Below, in pieces: positions 40,076 through 51,079 of a stretch of 64,000 nucleotides of DNA (position 1 is the first letter of the stretch; each line of letters opens with the position of its first letter). The notes beneath the pieces were generated by a model. The model was not told where the DNA came from and made no database searches. It saw only the letters and a program-made list of their open reading frames with translations. The DNA is from Methanoregula sp. (lineage in GTDB: Archaea > Halobacteriota > Methanomicrobia > Methanomicrobiales > Methanospirillaceae): the NCBI GenBank assembly GCA_039698055.1, contig JBDKTL010000017.1, positions 22,521-86,520 on the forward strand, read 5' to 3'. The position numbers were made by a program, and so were the translations under genes.

Positions 40076-42532
40076 TCATATATACCGGAACATGCCCTGT
40101 GGTATGAGTATCTCAAACCGTGCCCCGTCCCCGGGTGTACCATTCTCGGTGATGGTAATGCCGGTAATGGCGAGAATTTCCCGGATCAGGAACAAGCCAA
40201 GACCGGTATGTTTCCCAAACCCACGCCTGAACAGTTTTGGTTTATCCGTATCGGAAATCCCGACACCGTCGTCGGCACAGATAAGCGCCAGCATCTCGCC
40301 CCTCGGTTCTGCGGAGAACCGGATCGTGGTCACGTGTTCGCCGTGCCGTGCCGCGTTTTCCATGAGATTGTAGATCACTTTATTCAACAGCGGGTCGGCG
40401 AACACTTCCAGCCCGTCCAGATTGTTCATCACCATCGCGCCTTTCACGTCCACCTGCCCGCGTGCGATGATGACAAGATCGAGGACATTCTGCCATACCG
40501 GGGCCTTCATTCCCATCTCCTGGTAATCGTACGTAAATTTCAGGCCATCGTCAATGAAGGTGAGGATCTGTTCCATTTTTGGCAGGGTGGCATGGAATCG
40601 CCCGGGATCGCACTCCTCTTTTGCAAGTTCGATATACCCGGAAAGCGCGGTGAGCTTGTTGCGGATATCGTGCCGGGTAACGCTGGAGAGCAGGTAGAGT
40701 TTTTTGTTGGCAACTTCAAGGGCATGCTGTATTTTCTGGCGATCGACAATATCGCGGTTAACCCCGCGAAAACCCTTAAAACCGCCGGTATCGTCAAAGA
40801 AGGGCTCCCCGTTTGTTTCGATCACCACGAGATGCCCGTCCCTGTGGAGATTAACATTGACCATTCCGGCAAAGGGTGTCTGGGTGCTCACGGTCTTTTC
40901 CAGCACAAAACGGACTTTCGTTGCTTCATCCGGTGGCATAAAATCAAACGGTGTTTTTCCTGTTACTTCGGACGGCTCGTACCCGAGGATCGTTTTGATC
41001 TTCGGACTCACGTAGGTATACCGCAGTTGAGTATCCACTTCCCAGATGATGTCGCTGGTCGTCTCAACAAGGGAGCGGAACCGCTCTTCGCTGGTATGCA
41101 GAGCCTGCTCTGTCTTTTTACGATCGGTAATATCACGGGAACTCGACTGGATGCCGGAAATACTCCCGTCTTTTGCAACAACCGGTTTAATTGTCGATTC
41201 AAGACAGCGCCAGTCACCGTCCTTTGTACGGACCCGGAACTCGGCTGTGTTACCCGTAGCACCGTTATGGGGTGGATGGGGATTTGTGTACGTGAAGTTG
41301 TTCGCATCGTCCGGATGAATAATCCCGGAAGGATATGTCCCCACCAGTTCCTCCGGGTTATAGCCGAGAATATCTTTTACGGCAGGTGAAATATACACAA
41401 ACCGGGTGTCCGGGCAATGAAGGCAGATAATATCCTGGCTGTTTTCCGAGATGAGCCGGAACTTCGCTTCATTTTGTTTGAGTTCCTCCTGGGCATTCCT
41501 GCTCTCGGTAATGTCCCGAAGGATGATGAGGTAGCCCTGAGGCGCCCGGTTGAGAGCGCGGACCGGCCTGCATACACCGTCGTACACATACAAGCGTCCA
41601 TGACGGCTAAGAGAAATCTCCTTGTGGACCTCAAGGATACACATCTGCTCGTCGGCAAGTAACGGCATTACCCCGGGAAGGATATCTGCAAGCAGACACC
41701 CGACAGGTGAGGAGGGCAGGTTTCCGATAATCGATTGTGCGGCCGGATTAAGATCCATAATCCGGTTTTTCGTATCGACAACGATAATCCCGTCGCTCAT
41801 CGAGGTAAATACAAGGGGATATGTGACCGGAACCTGGGAAAAAAGTTCAAACCGGAAAATGCCGATGGCAATAATCAAACCGGATATCGTAAAGGTAAAG
41901 GGAGTCAGGTCAAGGCCCCTGACCGGGTCGTACCCGACGATATACATCGCATTTGCCAGCAGCGGGATCATCGCTGCAATAATCAGAAGGAGAACCTGTT
42001 TTTTATAAATGCGGGGAGCATCGAAATACCGCAAAGAGAGGAATACGACCGAGATGATCATGAGGGCGTAGGAATAGGTCGTATGCAGCCAGAATAATGG
42101 TCCCCGGTAAAATACCCAGACTATCGAATTGCCGATGAGTTCCGGTGCGATCAGCGAATAATACAGGTGATGGTACGGGTTTGTGGCAACCAGGAGTACG
42201 ACAAGGGCCGGAATGGCAAAGAGAAGCGCCAGGTTTCTTTTTGTGAGAAAGTGATCCCGCCCGGTGTACACGAGCACCACAAGGAGCCACGCGACCGGGA
42301 CCGTGGCGATGCCCAGGTACTGGACAACCGTCAGGAACATGCCGGTGGGAAAATCTGCAAAGACTAGTTCGACTGCATACCCGATTGTCCAGATCGTGCA
42401 TGCGCCCATAAGCAGAGCAAAAGGAAGCCCGATGATTTTATCCCGGTTCTTCCAGCCAAAATATGCAAGAGATCCATTGATGAGAGCAGCAATGAGAAGG
42501 GGAATAAAAAATGGGGACTCCTGAAGTATCAT
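40076..42532 (-). CDS. Sensor histidine kinase (7TM N-terminus, 3 PAS, HisKA, HATPase)
   Basis: TRHDIRN, NLMENAARHG, DDGVG and TGLGL motifs. Confidence 0.92.
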   Translation of the reverse strand: MILQESPFFIPLLIAALINGSLAYFGWKNRDKIIGLPFALLMGACTIWTIGYAVELVFADFPTGMFLTVVQYLGIATVPVAWLLVVLVYTGRDHFLTKRNLALLFAIPALVVLLVATNPYHHLYYSLIAPELIGNSIVWVFYRGPLFWLHTTYSYALMIISVVFLSLRYFDAPRIYKKQVLLLIIAAMIPLLANAMYIVGYDPVRGLDLTPFTFTISGLIIAIGIFRFELFSQVPVTYPLVFTSMSDGIIVVDTKNRIMDLNPAAQSIIGNLPSSPVGCLLADILPGVMPLLADEQMCILEVHKEISLSRHGRLYVYDGVCRPVRALNRAPQGYLIILRDITESRNAQEELKQNEAKFRLISENSQDIICLHCPDTRFVYISPAVKDILGYNPEELVGTYPSGIIHPDDANNFTYTNPHPPHNGATGNTAEFRVRTKDGDWRCLESTIKPVVAKDGSISGIQSSSRDITDRKKTEQALHTSEERFRSLVETTSDIIWEVDTQLRYTYVSPKIKTILGYEPSEVTGKTPFDFMPPDEATKVRFVLEKTVSTQTPFAGMVNVNLHRDGHLVVIETNGEPFFDDTGGFKGFRGVNRDIVDRQKIQHALEVANKKLYLLSSVTRHDIRNKLTALSGYIELAKEECDPGRFHATLPKMEQILTFIDDGLKFTYDYQEMGMKAPVWQNVLDLVIIARGQVDVKGAMVMNNLDGLEVFADPLLNKVIYNLMENAARHGEHVTTIRFSAEPRGEMLALICADDGVGISDTDKPKLFRRGFGKHTGLGLFLIREILAITGITITENGTPGDGARFEILIPQGMFRYI

Positions 42533-42693
42533 CGATTTATCTCACCAATTAAAAAATATTTTCCAATATTCGTTCAATGAGATGATAGGCATTTCGTCTT
42601 GATTTTTTACCCTGCCAGATTGTCAATGGAAAATGATTATTACCGGTTAAAAAAATCCTAAAAAGATTACACTACTAAAAAAAAGGGAAATAA

Positions 42694-43374
42694 TCATTCC
42701 TTTTTTTCCGGGATCTCCGGGGCATCTGCCGGACAGGAGCGAACCGACCTGACGATGCCAAAGATGATGGAACCGACCGCAAACAGCGAAACACCGATGA
42801 TGGCGTAGATTATCAGGTTAAAATTCTGCTGGACAACGGGAATCGTCCCGAAGAAATAGCCGGCAAGGGTAAACGCAAGTACCCACATGGCAGCACCAAC
42901 CACGTTGTAGGTAATAAACCAGCGATAGGACATCTTTCCCACACCTGCCAGAAACGGCGCAAAGGTGCGGATGAACGGGACAAACCGGGCGATCACAATC
43001 GTCACGCCCCCATAGCGGTTGAAATAATCCTGTGTCATTTCAAGGTGATCGCGCTTGACAATGCAGTATTTTCTTTCGAGCAGTTTCATTCCCACGGTGT
43101 GCCCAATCCAGTAGTTGACCGTATCGCCGATTACCGCCGCAATAAAAAAAACAAGAATGAGCAGTTCAATGTTCAGGTAACCGGTTCCGGCAAGTGCGCC
43201 CGCAATAAAAAGCAGCGAGTCCCCCGGCAGGTACGGCATGACGACCAGCCCGGTTTCACAGAAGATGATCAGGAACAGGATAAGGTACGTCCAGAACCCA
43301 TAGGTCTGGATCATCCCGGGCAGGTATTTGTCAAAGTGAAGCACCAGATCGATTAAGGAAAAGAACGGATCCAT
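42694..43374 (-). CDS. DedA (VTT) family membrane protein
   Basis: FCETG..LPGDSLLF and ARFVPFIRTF motifs. Confidence 0.92.
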   Translation of the reverse strand: MDPFFSLIDLVLHFDKYLPGMIQTYGFWTYLILFLIIFCETGLVVMPYLPGDSLLFIAGALAGTGYLNIELLILVFFIAAVIGDTVNYWIGHTVGMKLLERKYCIVKRDHLEMTQDYFNRYGGVTIVIARFVPFIRTFAPFLAGVGKMSYRWFITYNVVGAAMWVLAFTLAGYFFGTIPVVQQNFNLIIYAIIGVSLFAVGSIIFGIVRSVRSCPADAPEIPEKKE

Positions 43375-43530
43375 TTCCGGTTATATTGGATGAGGATGTC
43401 CATAAACAAAACGGATAAAAATTTTCTATTTATAGTTTGAGGATATACATTGTGTAAGGATGGTTCATTCGTCATTTTTTTTAACGTGAGAACCCACCAA
43501 AATACAAAAAAAGTGCGGGGTATCAGGGCC

Positions 43531-44478
43531 ATGATACAGATCTTCAACACAAAAAAAGAGCCGGAACCGACTGTAACCGTGCAGGCGGATGCCATCTGTG
43601 AAGGTGCATGGATACGGCTGTCTGCGCCGACTGAATCAGAACTGGCAGAAATTGCAGAAAAATGTGCGATTCCCCCGGATTTTTTGAAAGCCGCTCTCGA
43701 TGAAGAAGAAAGGCCCCGCATTGACGTTGAAGATGATGTAGCGCTCGTTGTTATGGACATTCCGGTAATGGCCGAAACCGATAGTATCCAGAACCTGACC
43801 ACACTCCCGCTTGGGATCATCATGACCCCGAAATATCTCGTCACGGTCTGCAACATCGAATCACCGGTACTCCAGGATTTTATCTCGGGTAAGGTAAGGA
43901 ACTTCCAGACCTTTAAAAAAACACGGTTCCTGTTCCAGATCTTTTACCGGAATTCAACCCATTATCTTACCCATCTCCGCCAGATTGAGCGATCGATTTC
44001 CCGGATTGAAATTGAACTTCACCGGTCGATGAAAAACGAGGAGCTTTTCCAGATGATGGGCCTTGAAAAGAGCCTGATCTATTTCTCCACATCGCTCAAG
44101 AGCAATGAGGCGGTGCTTGAGCGGATCCTGCGGACAAAACCCCTGAAGATGTACGAAGAGGATGCCGAACTGCTCGAGGATGTCATTATCGAGAACAAGC
44201 AGGCAATGGAGATGTCGCAGATCTACCTGCACATCCTAAACGGCATGACCGAAACGTTTGCCACGATCATTTCAAACAATCTCAACATCGTTATGAAATT
44301 CCTCGCCTCCGTGACGATTATGCTAGCGGTGCCGACCATGATTGCAAGTTTTTACGGGATGAATGTCTCAAATATCCCGCTGGCCACGCCGCCGTTCGGG
44401 TTTGAGTTTATTTTTGGCATCTCGGTTTTCATCTCGGTCCTGATGGGTATCCTGATGTGGAAGAAAAAATTATTCTGA
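43531..44478 (+). CDS. corA: CorA-family Mg2+ transporter
   Basis: YGMN signature followed by two C-terminal TMs. Confidence 0.92.
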   Translation: MIQIFNTKKEPEPTVTVQADAICEGAWIRLSAPTESELAEIAEKCAIPPDFLKAALDEEERPRIDVEDDVALVVMDIPVMAETDSIQNLTTLPLGIIMTPKYLVTVCNIESPVLQDFISGKVRNFQTFKKTRFLFQIFYRNSTHYLTHLRQIERSISRIEIELHRSMKNEELFQMMGLEKSLIYFSTSLKSNEAVLERILRTKPLKMYEEDAELLEDVIIENKQAMEMSQIYLHILNGMTETFATIISNNLNIVMKFLASVTIMLAVPTMIASFYGMNVSNIPLATPPFGFEFIFGISVFISVLMGILMWKKKLF

Positions 44479-44619
44479 AGATACTAAAAAAAAATTCTGA
44501 CGGGTCTGATCTCTTTCAGGCTGATTAAAAACGCTGGATTTTTAGCGTAAAACGATAAGAATATACCCATACCAACCACCTAGAAAAGCGCACCTTGCAT
44601 ATCCAGAGACCCGCCTGCC

Positions 44620-45528
44620 ATGATTTCAGTCCTCTACGTTGACGATGAGCCCGCACTGCTTGATATTGGAAAACTGTTCCTTGAACGATCCGGCCTGATG
44701 CATGTCGATACCGATACGTCCGTGCCGGATGCGCTTAAAAAAATTCAGGAGTCCTCGTACGACGCGGTCATCTCCGATTATGAGATGCCGGTCATGAACG
44801 GTATCGAGATGCTCAAATCAATCCGTTCTGCATATCCCTCGCTGCCGGTTATCCTTTTTACCGGGCGGGGCCGGGAGGCCGTGGTCATCGAGGCGCTGAA
44901 CCAGGGGGCGGACGCGTATCTCCAGAAAGGCGGCGATCCAAAATCCCAGTTTGCTGAACTGATCCACCTCATTACGCAAGCTGTAGAGCGGCGGCGTGCC
45001 CAGGAAACAATCCTGCACTTAAACCGGCTTTATTCTGTGTTGTCAAGAACGAACAAGGCCGTGATTCATATCCGGAACCGGCAGGAACTTCTCGACGAAG
45101 CGTGCAGGATAGCGGTCGATGAAGGCAAATTCGTGATGGCATGGATCGGCATGACTGATCCGGCAACCCGCAGGGTACTTCCGGTTGCTGCCTGCGGGTA
45201 CGATGACGGATACCTGAAAAACCTTTCAATAACTCTTGACGATGTCCCGCAGGGTTTGGGCCTGACCGGCACTGCGATACGTGAAGGGCGCCCGACGATC
45301 AGCAATAATATCCAGTCTGACCCGAGAATGGCCAGGTACCGTGAGGATGCGGAAAAGCGCGGTTACCGTTCATCTGCCGGAATCCCGTTGAAAAACGGGG
45401 AAGCGATCGTGGGTGCGATGCGGTTTTATTCTGCGGAGTGCGATTTTTTTAATGACCGTGAAATTGCACTTCTGCAGGAGCTGACCGACGATATATCATT
45501 TGGCCTGAGCCTGATGGACAAGGCATAG
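44620..45528 (+). CDS. Response regulator (REC plus GAF)
   Basis: VLYVDDE, ISDYEMP, FTG and QKGG motifs followed by a GAF domain. Confidence 0.9.
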   Translation: MISVLYVDDEPALLDIGKLFLERSGLMHVDTDTSVPDALKKIQESSYDAVISDYEMPVMNGIEMLKSIRSAYPSLPVILFTGRGREAVVIEALNQGADAYLQKGGDPKSQFAELIHLITQAVERRRAQETILHLNRLYSVLSRTNKAVIHIRNRQELLDEACRIAVDEGKFVMAWIGMTDPATRRVLPVAACGYDDGYLKNLSITLDDVPQGLGLTGTAIREGRPTISNNIQSDPRMARYREDAEKRGYRSSAGIPLKNGEAIVGAMRFYSAECDFFNDREIALLQELTDDISFGLSLMDKA

Positions 45529-45968
45529 GAATAGTGGAAGAAAGAATGTAGGTCTTCCCTACCTTGATACGGTATAACGGGGGTAGGATTTTTTTATGGA
45601 TTTCTTCATATCCGGTCATTTTTACCGCCTTGTTGGTAATGACGGTTTCTTTTTTTTTTTAAACAGGGATTTTTTAGGTTTCATTTACTTTCATTTCGAA
45701 TAGCTACGGATGCATCCCTTCAAATGCGGCTGGATCCATCGTAACCATGAATAGGGGGAATTCATTCTTATCATCAAAATTGAATAAAAAAAATCGTGTA
45801 AAAAAACATTGTATCCATTTTCTTGTGAACACATTTTTTTCAGATTCTTTTTGATATTCCAGGTACGGTTCCGGGTTATTCGTGTAATCTCACTGCTCTC
45901 ATTTCCCCACGTGTCCCGTACCTGAACATTTTTTACCCCAGCCCTCCTTGGTTGGTACAGGTGCATCA

Positions 45969-47261
45969 ATGGCAATTGACTGGTACAAAGAATTCGTTGA
46001 CACAACCTACGAACCTGCACGGGACGACCTTGTCTGTCTCTATTACTACGAGCCCGCGGAAGGGGTAACAAAAGAAGAGGCAGCGGGGCGTATCGCGTCG
46101 GAGAGTTCGACTGGTACCTGGACGACGCTTCACACGCTTCCGCCAAGGATGAAGGCCCTTGAAGCAAAGGCGTTTGAGTTTGACAAAAATCTTGTCAGGA
46201 TTGCCTACCCGCTTGAACTCTGGGAGGAGGGAAATGCCGTCCAGCTCATGAGCGGGATCGCTGGTAATATTTTTGGCATGAAAGCGCTCAAAAACCTGCG
46301 GCTGATAGATGTCTCGCTCCCCCCGGCATACCTGAAACACTTCAAGGGTCCGGCGTTTGGGATGGGCGGAATCCGGAAGATGATGAACGTCAATGGCCGG
46401 CCACTTACCGGGGCTGTTCCAAAACCCAAGATTGGTTTTTCGGCAAAAGAACATGCCGAGGTTGGTTATGAAACCTGGATGGGTGGATTTGATTTTGTCA
46501 AGGATGATGAGAACCTGACGTCCACCCCATTTAACCGGTTCGAGGACCGGGTAAAATATATGTCAAAACTCCGGGACAAGGCCGAGAAGGAAACCGGCGA
46601 GAAAAAATCCGCATTCCTCAATATTTCCGCAGATGTGGAAACGATGAAGAAAAGGGCTGACCTTCTCGCGGAGTACGGGTGGAATTACGCAATGATCGAT
46701 GTCGTTGTCGCCGGGACGGCCAGTGTCATGACCATGAGGGATTACTGCACCGATCTCGGGCTTGCTATCCATGCGCACCGGGCGATGCATGCTGCATTTG
46801 ACCGGAACAAAAAACATGGCGTTACGATGCAGTTCCTTGCAAAACTCATGCGCCTTATCGGTGTTTCCCAGATCCATACCGGTACTGCGGTAGGAAAACT
46901 TACCGGTACAAAAAAAGAGGTGAGGGTCCTTGCCGATATCCTCCGGGAGAATAAGAACACCGCAGTCAGGGGGATGCTCCTCGACCAGGACTGGGGAAAG
47001 ATAAAGACCGCATTCCCGGTCTGTTCGGGAGGTCTTCACCCCGGCCTAGTTCCGGATGTGCTTGACATCTATGGCTGTGATATGGTGCTGCTTGTCAGCG
47101 GAGGCATTCACGGCCACCCTGATGGCACACGCGCCGGTGCACGGGCGACCATGCAGGCAATCGAGGCGTGGCAGGAAGGCATCAGTCTCGATGAAAAGGC
47201 AAAAAAGGCAAAAGAACTCATGCGTGCACTTGACAAGTGGGGATATTACAAGCCCAAGTGA
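45969..47261 (+). CDS. rbcL: Form III RuBisCO large subunit
   Basis: ESSTGTW, PKPKIG, DFVKDDE, HAHRAMH, GTAVGKL, SGGLH and GGGIHGHP-type motifs. Confidence 0.93.
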   Translation: MAIDWYKEFVDTTYEPARDDLVCLYYYEPAEGVTKEEAAGRIASESSTGTWTTLHTLPPRMKALEAKAFEFDKNLVRIAYPLELWEEGNAVQLMSGIAGNIFGMKALKNLRLIDVSLPPAYLKHFKGPAFGMGGIRKMMNVNGRPLTGAVPKPKIGFSAKEHAEVGYETWMGGFDFVKDDENLTSTPFNRFEDRVKYMSKLRDKAEKETGEKKSAFLNISADVETMKKRADLLAEYGWNYAMIDVVVAGTASVMTMRDYCTDLGLAIHAHRAMHAAFDRNKKHGVTMQFLAKLMRLIGVSQIHTGTAVGKLTGTKKEVRVLADILRENKNTAVRGMLLDQDWGKIKTAFPVCSGGLHPGLVPDVLDIYGCDMVLLVSGGIHGHPDGTRAGARATMQAIEAWQEGISLDEKAKKAKELMRALDKWGYYKPK

Positions 47262-47744
47262 GGGAGGTTATTCTCATATCTTATTTTTAAACTCTAAAAC
47301 AATCAAACTTCAAAATCTGTGGGTCTCTACGATAATCTATGAAAATTTACCTTAATTTTAAATTTTTATTTTTTGTATATTGATATTTTGTGTGGATCAG
47401 ATACAAAATTAAGTTTGATTTTGATGTGCTTAACCCCTTTGAAGTCTTCTGGGGTGCCTCATCCATACCAAATCACACACATAGTGAACGTTTACGATAT
47501 AATTTAATGATGATGATCCTATTCACCCTGAAATTTAATCACAGGGATGATTTGTGTAGTATGGCGCAGTCACTCACAATCCGACAAGATTCTTTTATAC
47601 CGGATTCCTTATCTTTCTTAATGATCCCGGTGTTTTTCACATGACGGGTACAATCTGTCGTGGTATCTCCGGGAAGACTATGATACACCACCCGTATATC
47701 CGGTTCCCGATGGTTTCCTGTACTGCCCGGGGAGAACACTGACT

Positions 47745-48860
47745 ATGCCGCATGCTTGTGAAAATCCAGAATTCCATGAGGGCGATCTTCGGTACCGTGA
47801 AGTGCTTGATGCGTGCATTTCGGATACATTACTCCGGGCATTAAAGATCGCGGCTGCCGATCCGGCAGTGGTAATGGCGGGTTTGGGTATACTCGTGCAC
47901 CAGAAAAAGGCAGCTGGCAGGCGTCGTGAGTACGAGCAGCAGGGACTTCTTGTTCCCCCGGTAATGATGGTCAGCATTACCTCACAGTGCAACCTTGCCT
48001 GTCGGGGCTGTTACATGCACCGGCAGACTTTGGCAGTACCGGCTCCGGACATGCGTGCGGAACAGCTGCGTTCGGTCGCGGAACAGGCAGCCGAGCTGGG
48101 AATCTCGGTCATCGTAATCGCCGGCGGGGAACCCCTTTTGAGAAAGGAGGAAATCTTTTCTCTCGCCCGCTCGTTCCCTCACATCCTGTTTCCGGTTTTC
48201 ACCAATGGTCTCCTGATTGATGATAAGACCGCACAGGAAATTTCCGGTATCAGAAATATCGTACCGGTCATCAGTTTTGAAGGGCTTAAACCGGAAACCG
48301 ATGCCCGACGGGGAACCGGGGTTTATGACCATCTGCGTGCTTCCTGTGCCCGGCTCGCAAAACTCCATGTATTCTTCGGGTGCTCGGTGACGGTCACAAG
48401 CCAGAACCATCCCCAGGTAACCGACCGGGATTTTATCCGGCAGATGGTCAGCGCCGGGGCACGGGTTTTTGTCTTTGTTGAGTACGTGCCGGTAAAACCT
48501 GGCACAGAATCGCTCGTGCTTTCCCGGGAACAGCAGAAACTACTCAACAAAGCCATTACCGATTTTTCCGGTGAATTCCCGGCACTTTTTATCGGGTTTC
48601 CCGGGGATGAGACGCTTTATGGGGGATGTCTAGCCGCCGGCAGGGGTTTTATCCATATCAGTCCTGATGGGAATGTTGAACCTTGCCCGGCCGCCCCGTT
48701 CTCGGATGCAAACCTGACAAACGCCTCCCTGCGCGATGCCTTGCAGTCCCGTTTCCTTGAACAGGTACGCCGGCATCATGACCTGCTGACAGAAACACAG
48801 GGTGGTTGTGCACTCTGGGCAAACCGTGCATGGGTGAGCACCCTGCTGAAGAGATCGTGA
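47745..48860 (+). CDS. Radical SAM/SPASM-twitch protein
   Basis: CNLACRGC, GGEP and CLAAGRGF.HI...G.VEPC motifs. Confidence 0.88.
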   Translation: MPHACENPEFHEGDLRYREVLDACISDTLLRALKIAAADPAVVMAGLGILVHQKKAAGRRREYEQQGLLVPPVMMVSITSQCNLACRGCYMHRQTLAVPAPDMRAEQLRSVAEQAAELGISVIVIAGGEPLLRKEEIFSLARSFPHILFPVFTNGLLIDDKTAQEISGIRNIVPVISFEGLKPETDARRGTGVYDHLRASCARLAKLHVFFGCSVTVTSQNHPQVTDRDFIRQMVSAGARVFVFVEYVPVKPGTESLVLSREQQKLLNKAITDFSGEFPALFIGFPGDETLYGGCLAAGRGFIHISPDGNVEPCPAAPFSDANLTNASLRDALQSRFLEQVRRHHDLLTETQGGCALWANRAWVSTLLKRS

Positions 48861-49107
48861 AAAACCCCGATGAACCGGGTTTTTACACCTTCCATGACGG
48901 TTTTTCAGGAAGAATTTTTAAATAATCATGATTTTCCGGTCAGTGGATGTTTAAATTAGCCCCCGGAATAGAGTGCCGTTGATACCCTTTGGCAAATGAC
49001 ATGGAATTGGAGTATAACGGGGAATCTGGTATATGGTTTCCCGTGTTCCCATATTCCCGCCGCAAACCTGCTATCTTATAAACCATTCTTGAAAAGTAGT
49101 ACGCATC

Positions 49108-51066
49108 ATGACCGGATTCCAGCTTGTTTCCCCGTTTCCACCCGGCGGTTCCCAACCGGAGGCGATCCAGAAACTTGTGTCCGGGCTTGCGGACAATGCC
49201 CGGTTCCAGACTCTTCTTGGCGTCACCGGCTCCGGTAAAACCTTCACGATGGCAAATGTGATAGCAGCAGCGCAGAGACCAACGCTGGTCATCGCCCACA
49301 ACAAAACCCTTGCCGCCCAGCTGTACCAGGAATTCTGTGACTTCTTCCCAAACAACCGGGTGGAATACTTTGTCTCGTACTATGATTACTACCAGCCCGA
49401 GTCCTACATTCCGTCAAAAGACCAGTATATCGAGAAAGACTCTGCTATCAACCCCAAGATTGAGATGCTTCGGCTCTCTGCTACCGCATCGCTCTCGTTT
49501 CGCCGCGATGTTATTGTCGTGGCATCAGTTTCCTGTATCTTCGGGTTAGGCAACCCTGAGAATTTCCGTAATATGGGGTTTGATCTCACGGTTGGCCAGA
49601 AGATGGGGAGAAACGACCTGATGAGCCGGCTGCTGGACATCCAGTTCGAGCGAAATGATATCGATCTCTCTCCGGGCCGGTTCCGGGTAAAGGGCGACAC
49701 GATCGATATCGTGCCCGGGTATTTCAACAACATCATCCGGGTCGAGCTGTTCGGAGATGAGATTGAGCGTATCGCGGAAGTGGACAAAAACACCGGTGCA
49801 AAAACAGAGGATCTGAAATATTTCTATGTCTATCCTGCCCGGCATTTTGTTACCCCGGAATCTGCACGAATTGCAGCGATGGCGTCGATCCAGCAGGAAC
49901 TTGACGAGGTTCTCCCCACCCTTGACATGATTGAAGCCCACCGTCTCCGGCAGCGGACAAATTTCGATCTGGAGATGATACGGGAAACCGGATCCTGCAA
50001 GGGGATTGAGAACTACTCACGGCATTTCGATGGCCGCAAAGCCGGTGAGAAGCCGTACTGCCTGCTTGATTATTTCCCGGACGATTTTCTGATGATCATC
50101 GACGAGAGCCACCAGACCATACCGCAGCTGCATGGCATGTATAACGGCGACCGTTCCCGCAAGCAGACGCTCGTGGACTACGGGTTCCGGCTGCCGAGCG
50201 CACGCGATAACCGTCCCCTGAAATTCAACGAGTTTGAACAGTACATGACACAGACTATCTTTGTGTCCGCCACACCGGGGCCATACGAGCTTGAACACTC
50301 AAGCCAGTTGGTTGAACAAATTATCCGCCCGACCGGTCTTGTCGATCCGCTGGTTGAAGTCCGGCCCATTGAAGGACAGACACTGGATGTGATCCGTGAG
50401 GTCCAGAAAACCATTGCCCGCGGGGACCGGGTGCTGGTGACCACGCTCACCAAAAAACTTGCCGAGGAACTGTCTGAATACCTTGCCGATCGCGGGATCA
50501 AGACCCGGTATCTTCACTCAGAGATCCAGACGCTCGAACGCACCGAGATCATCCGCGAACTCCGGCTTGGGACCTTTGATGTCCTTGTCGGGATCAACCT
50601 GCTGCGGGAAGGTCTCGATATCCCCGAAGTCGGGTTTATCGGGATTCTCGATGCAGATAAGGAAGGATTCCTCCGCGATGCCAGAAGCCTCATCCAGATT
50701 ATCGGGCGGGCTGCACGCAATATCAATGCCCGGGTTGTGCTCTACGCAGATTCCATGACCAACTCGATGAAATCAGCAATATCCGAGACAAAGCGCCGGC
50801 GCACAATGCAGCTTGCCTACAATGCAGAGCACCACATCACCCCGCAGACCATCATCAAGCCGGTCAAGGAAAAGGAAGTTGATATAAAAGATATCAGGCA
50901 TATCCCGAAAAACGAGATTCCCAATGTGGCTATCGAACTGGAAAAACAGATGCGTGACGCGGCAGAGAATCTCGATTTCGAGCGGGCGATTGCACTTCGC
51001 GACCAGATAAAAAAACTCAACGAACGGCTGAAAAATCTCAAAAATCCCGTATCCCCTCATGAATGA
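49108..51066 (+). CDS. uvrB: Excinuclease ABC subunit B
   Basis: [29 protein letters not shown] and a C-terminal UVR domain. Confidence 0.97.
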   Translation: MTGFQLVSPFPPGGSQPEAIQKLVSGLADNARFQTLLGVTGSGKTFTMANVIAAAQRPTLVIAHNKTLAAQLYQEFCDFFPNNRVEYFVSYYDYYQPESYIPSKDQYIEKDSAINPKIEMLRLSATASLSFRRDVIVVASVSCIFGLGNPENFRNMGFDLTVGQKMGRNDLMSRLLDIQFERNDIDLSPGRFRVKGDTIDIVPGYFNNIIRVELFGDEIERIAEVDKNTGAKTEDLKYFYVYPARHFVTPESARIAAMASIQQELDEVLPTLDMIEAHRLRQRTNFDLEMIRETGSCKGIENYSRHFDGRKAGEKPYCLLDYFPDDFLMIIDESHQTIPQLHGMYNGDRSRKQTLVDYGFRLPSARDNRPLKFNEFEQYMTQTIFVSATPGPYELEHSSQLVEQIIRPTGLVDPLVEVRPIEGQTLDVIREVQKTIARGDRVLVTTLTKKLAEELSEYLADRGIKTRYLHSEIQTLERTEIIRELRLGTFDVLVGINLLREGLDIPEVGFIGILDADKEGFLRDARSLIQIIGRAARNINARVVLYADSMTNSMKSAISETKRRRTMQLAYNAEHHITPQTIIKPVKEKEVDIKDIRHIPKNEIPNVAIELEKQMRDAAENLDFERAIALRDQIKKLNERLKNLKNPVSPHE

Positions 51067-51079
51067 GAGGCAGCCAGTT

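Noticed and set aside
39899-41389. 496-aa plus-strand ORF and similar long shadow ORFs
   Set aside because: Antisense to well-supported genes (here the histidine kinase) and without motifs.
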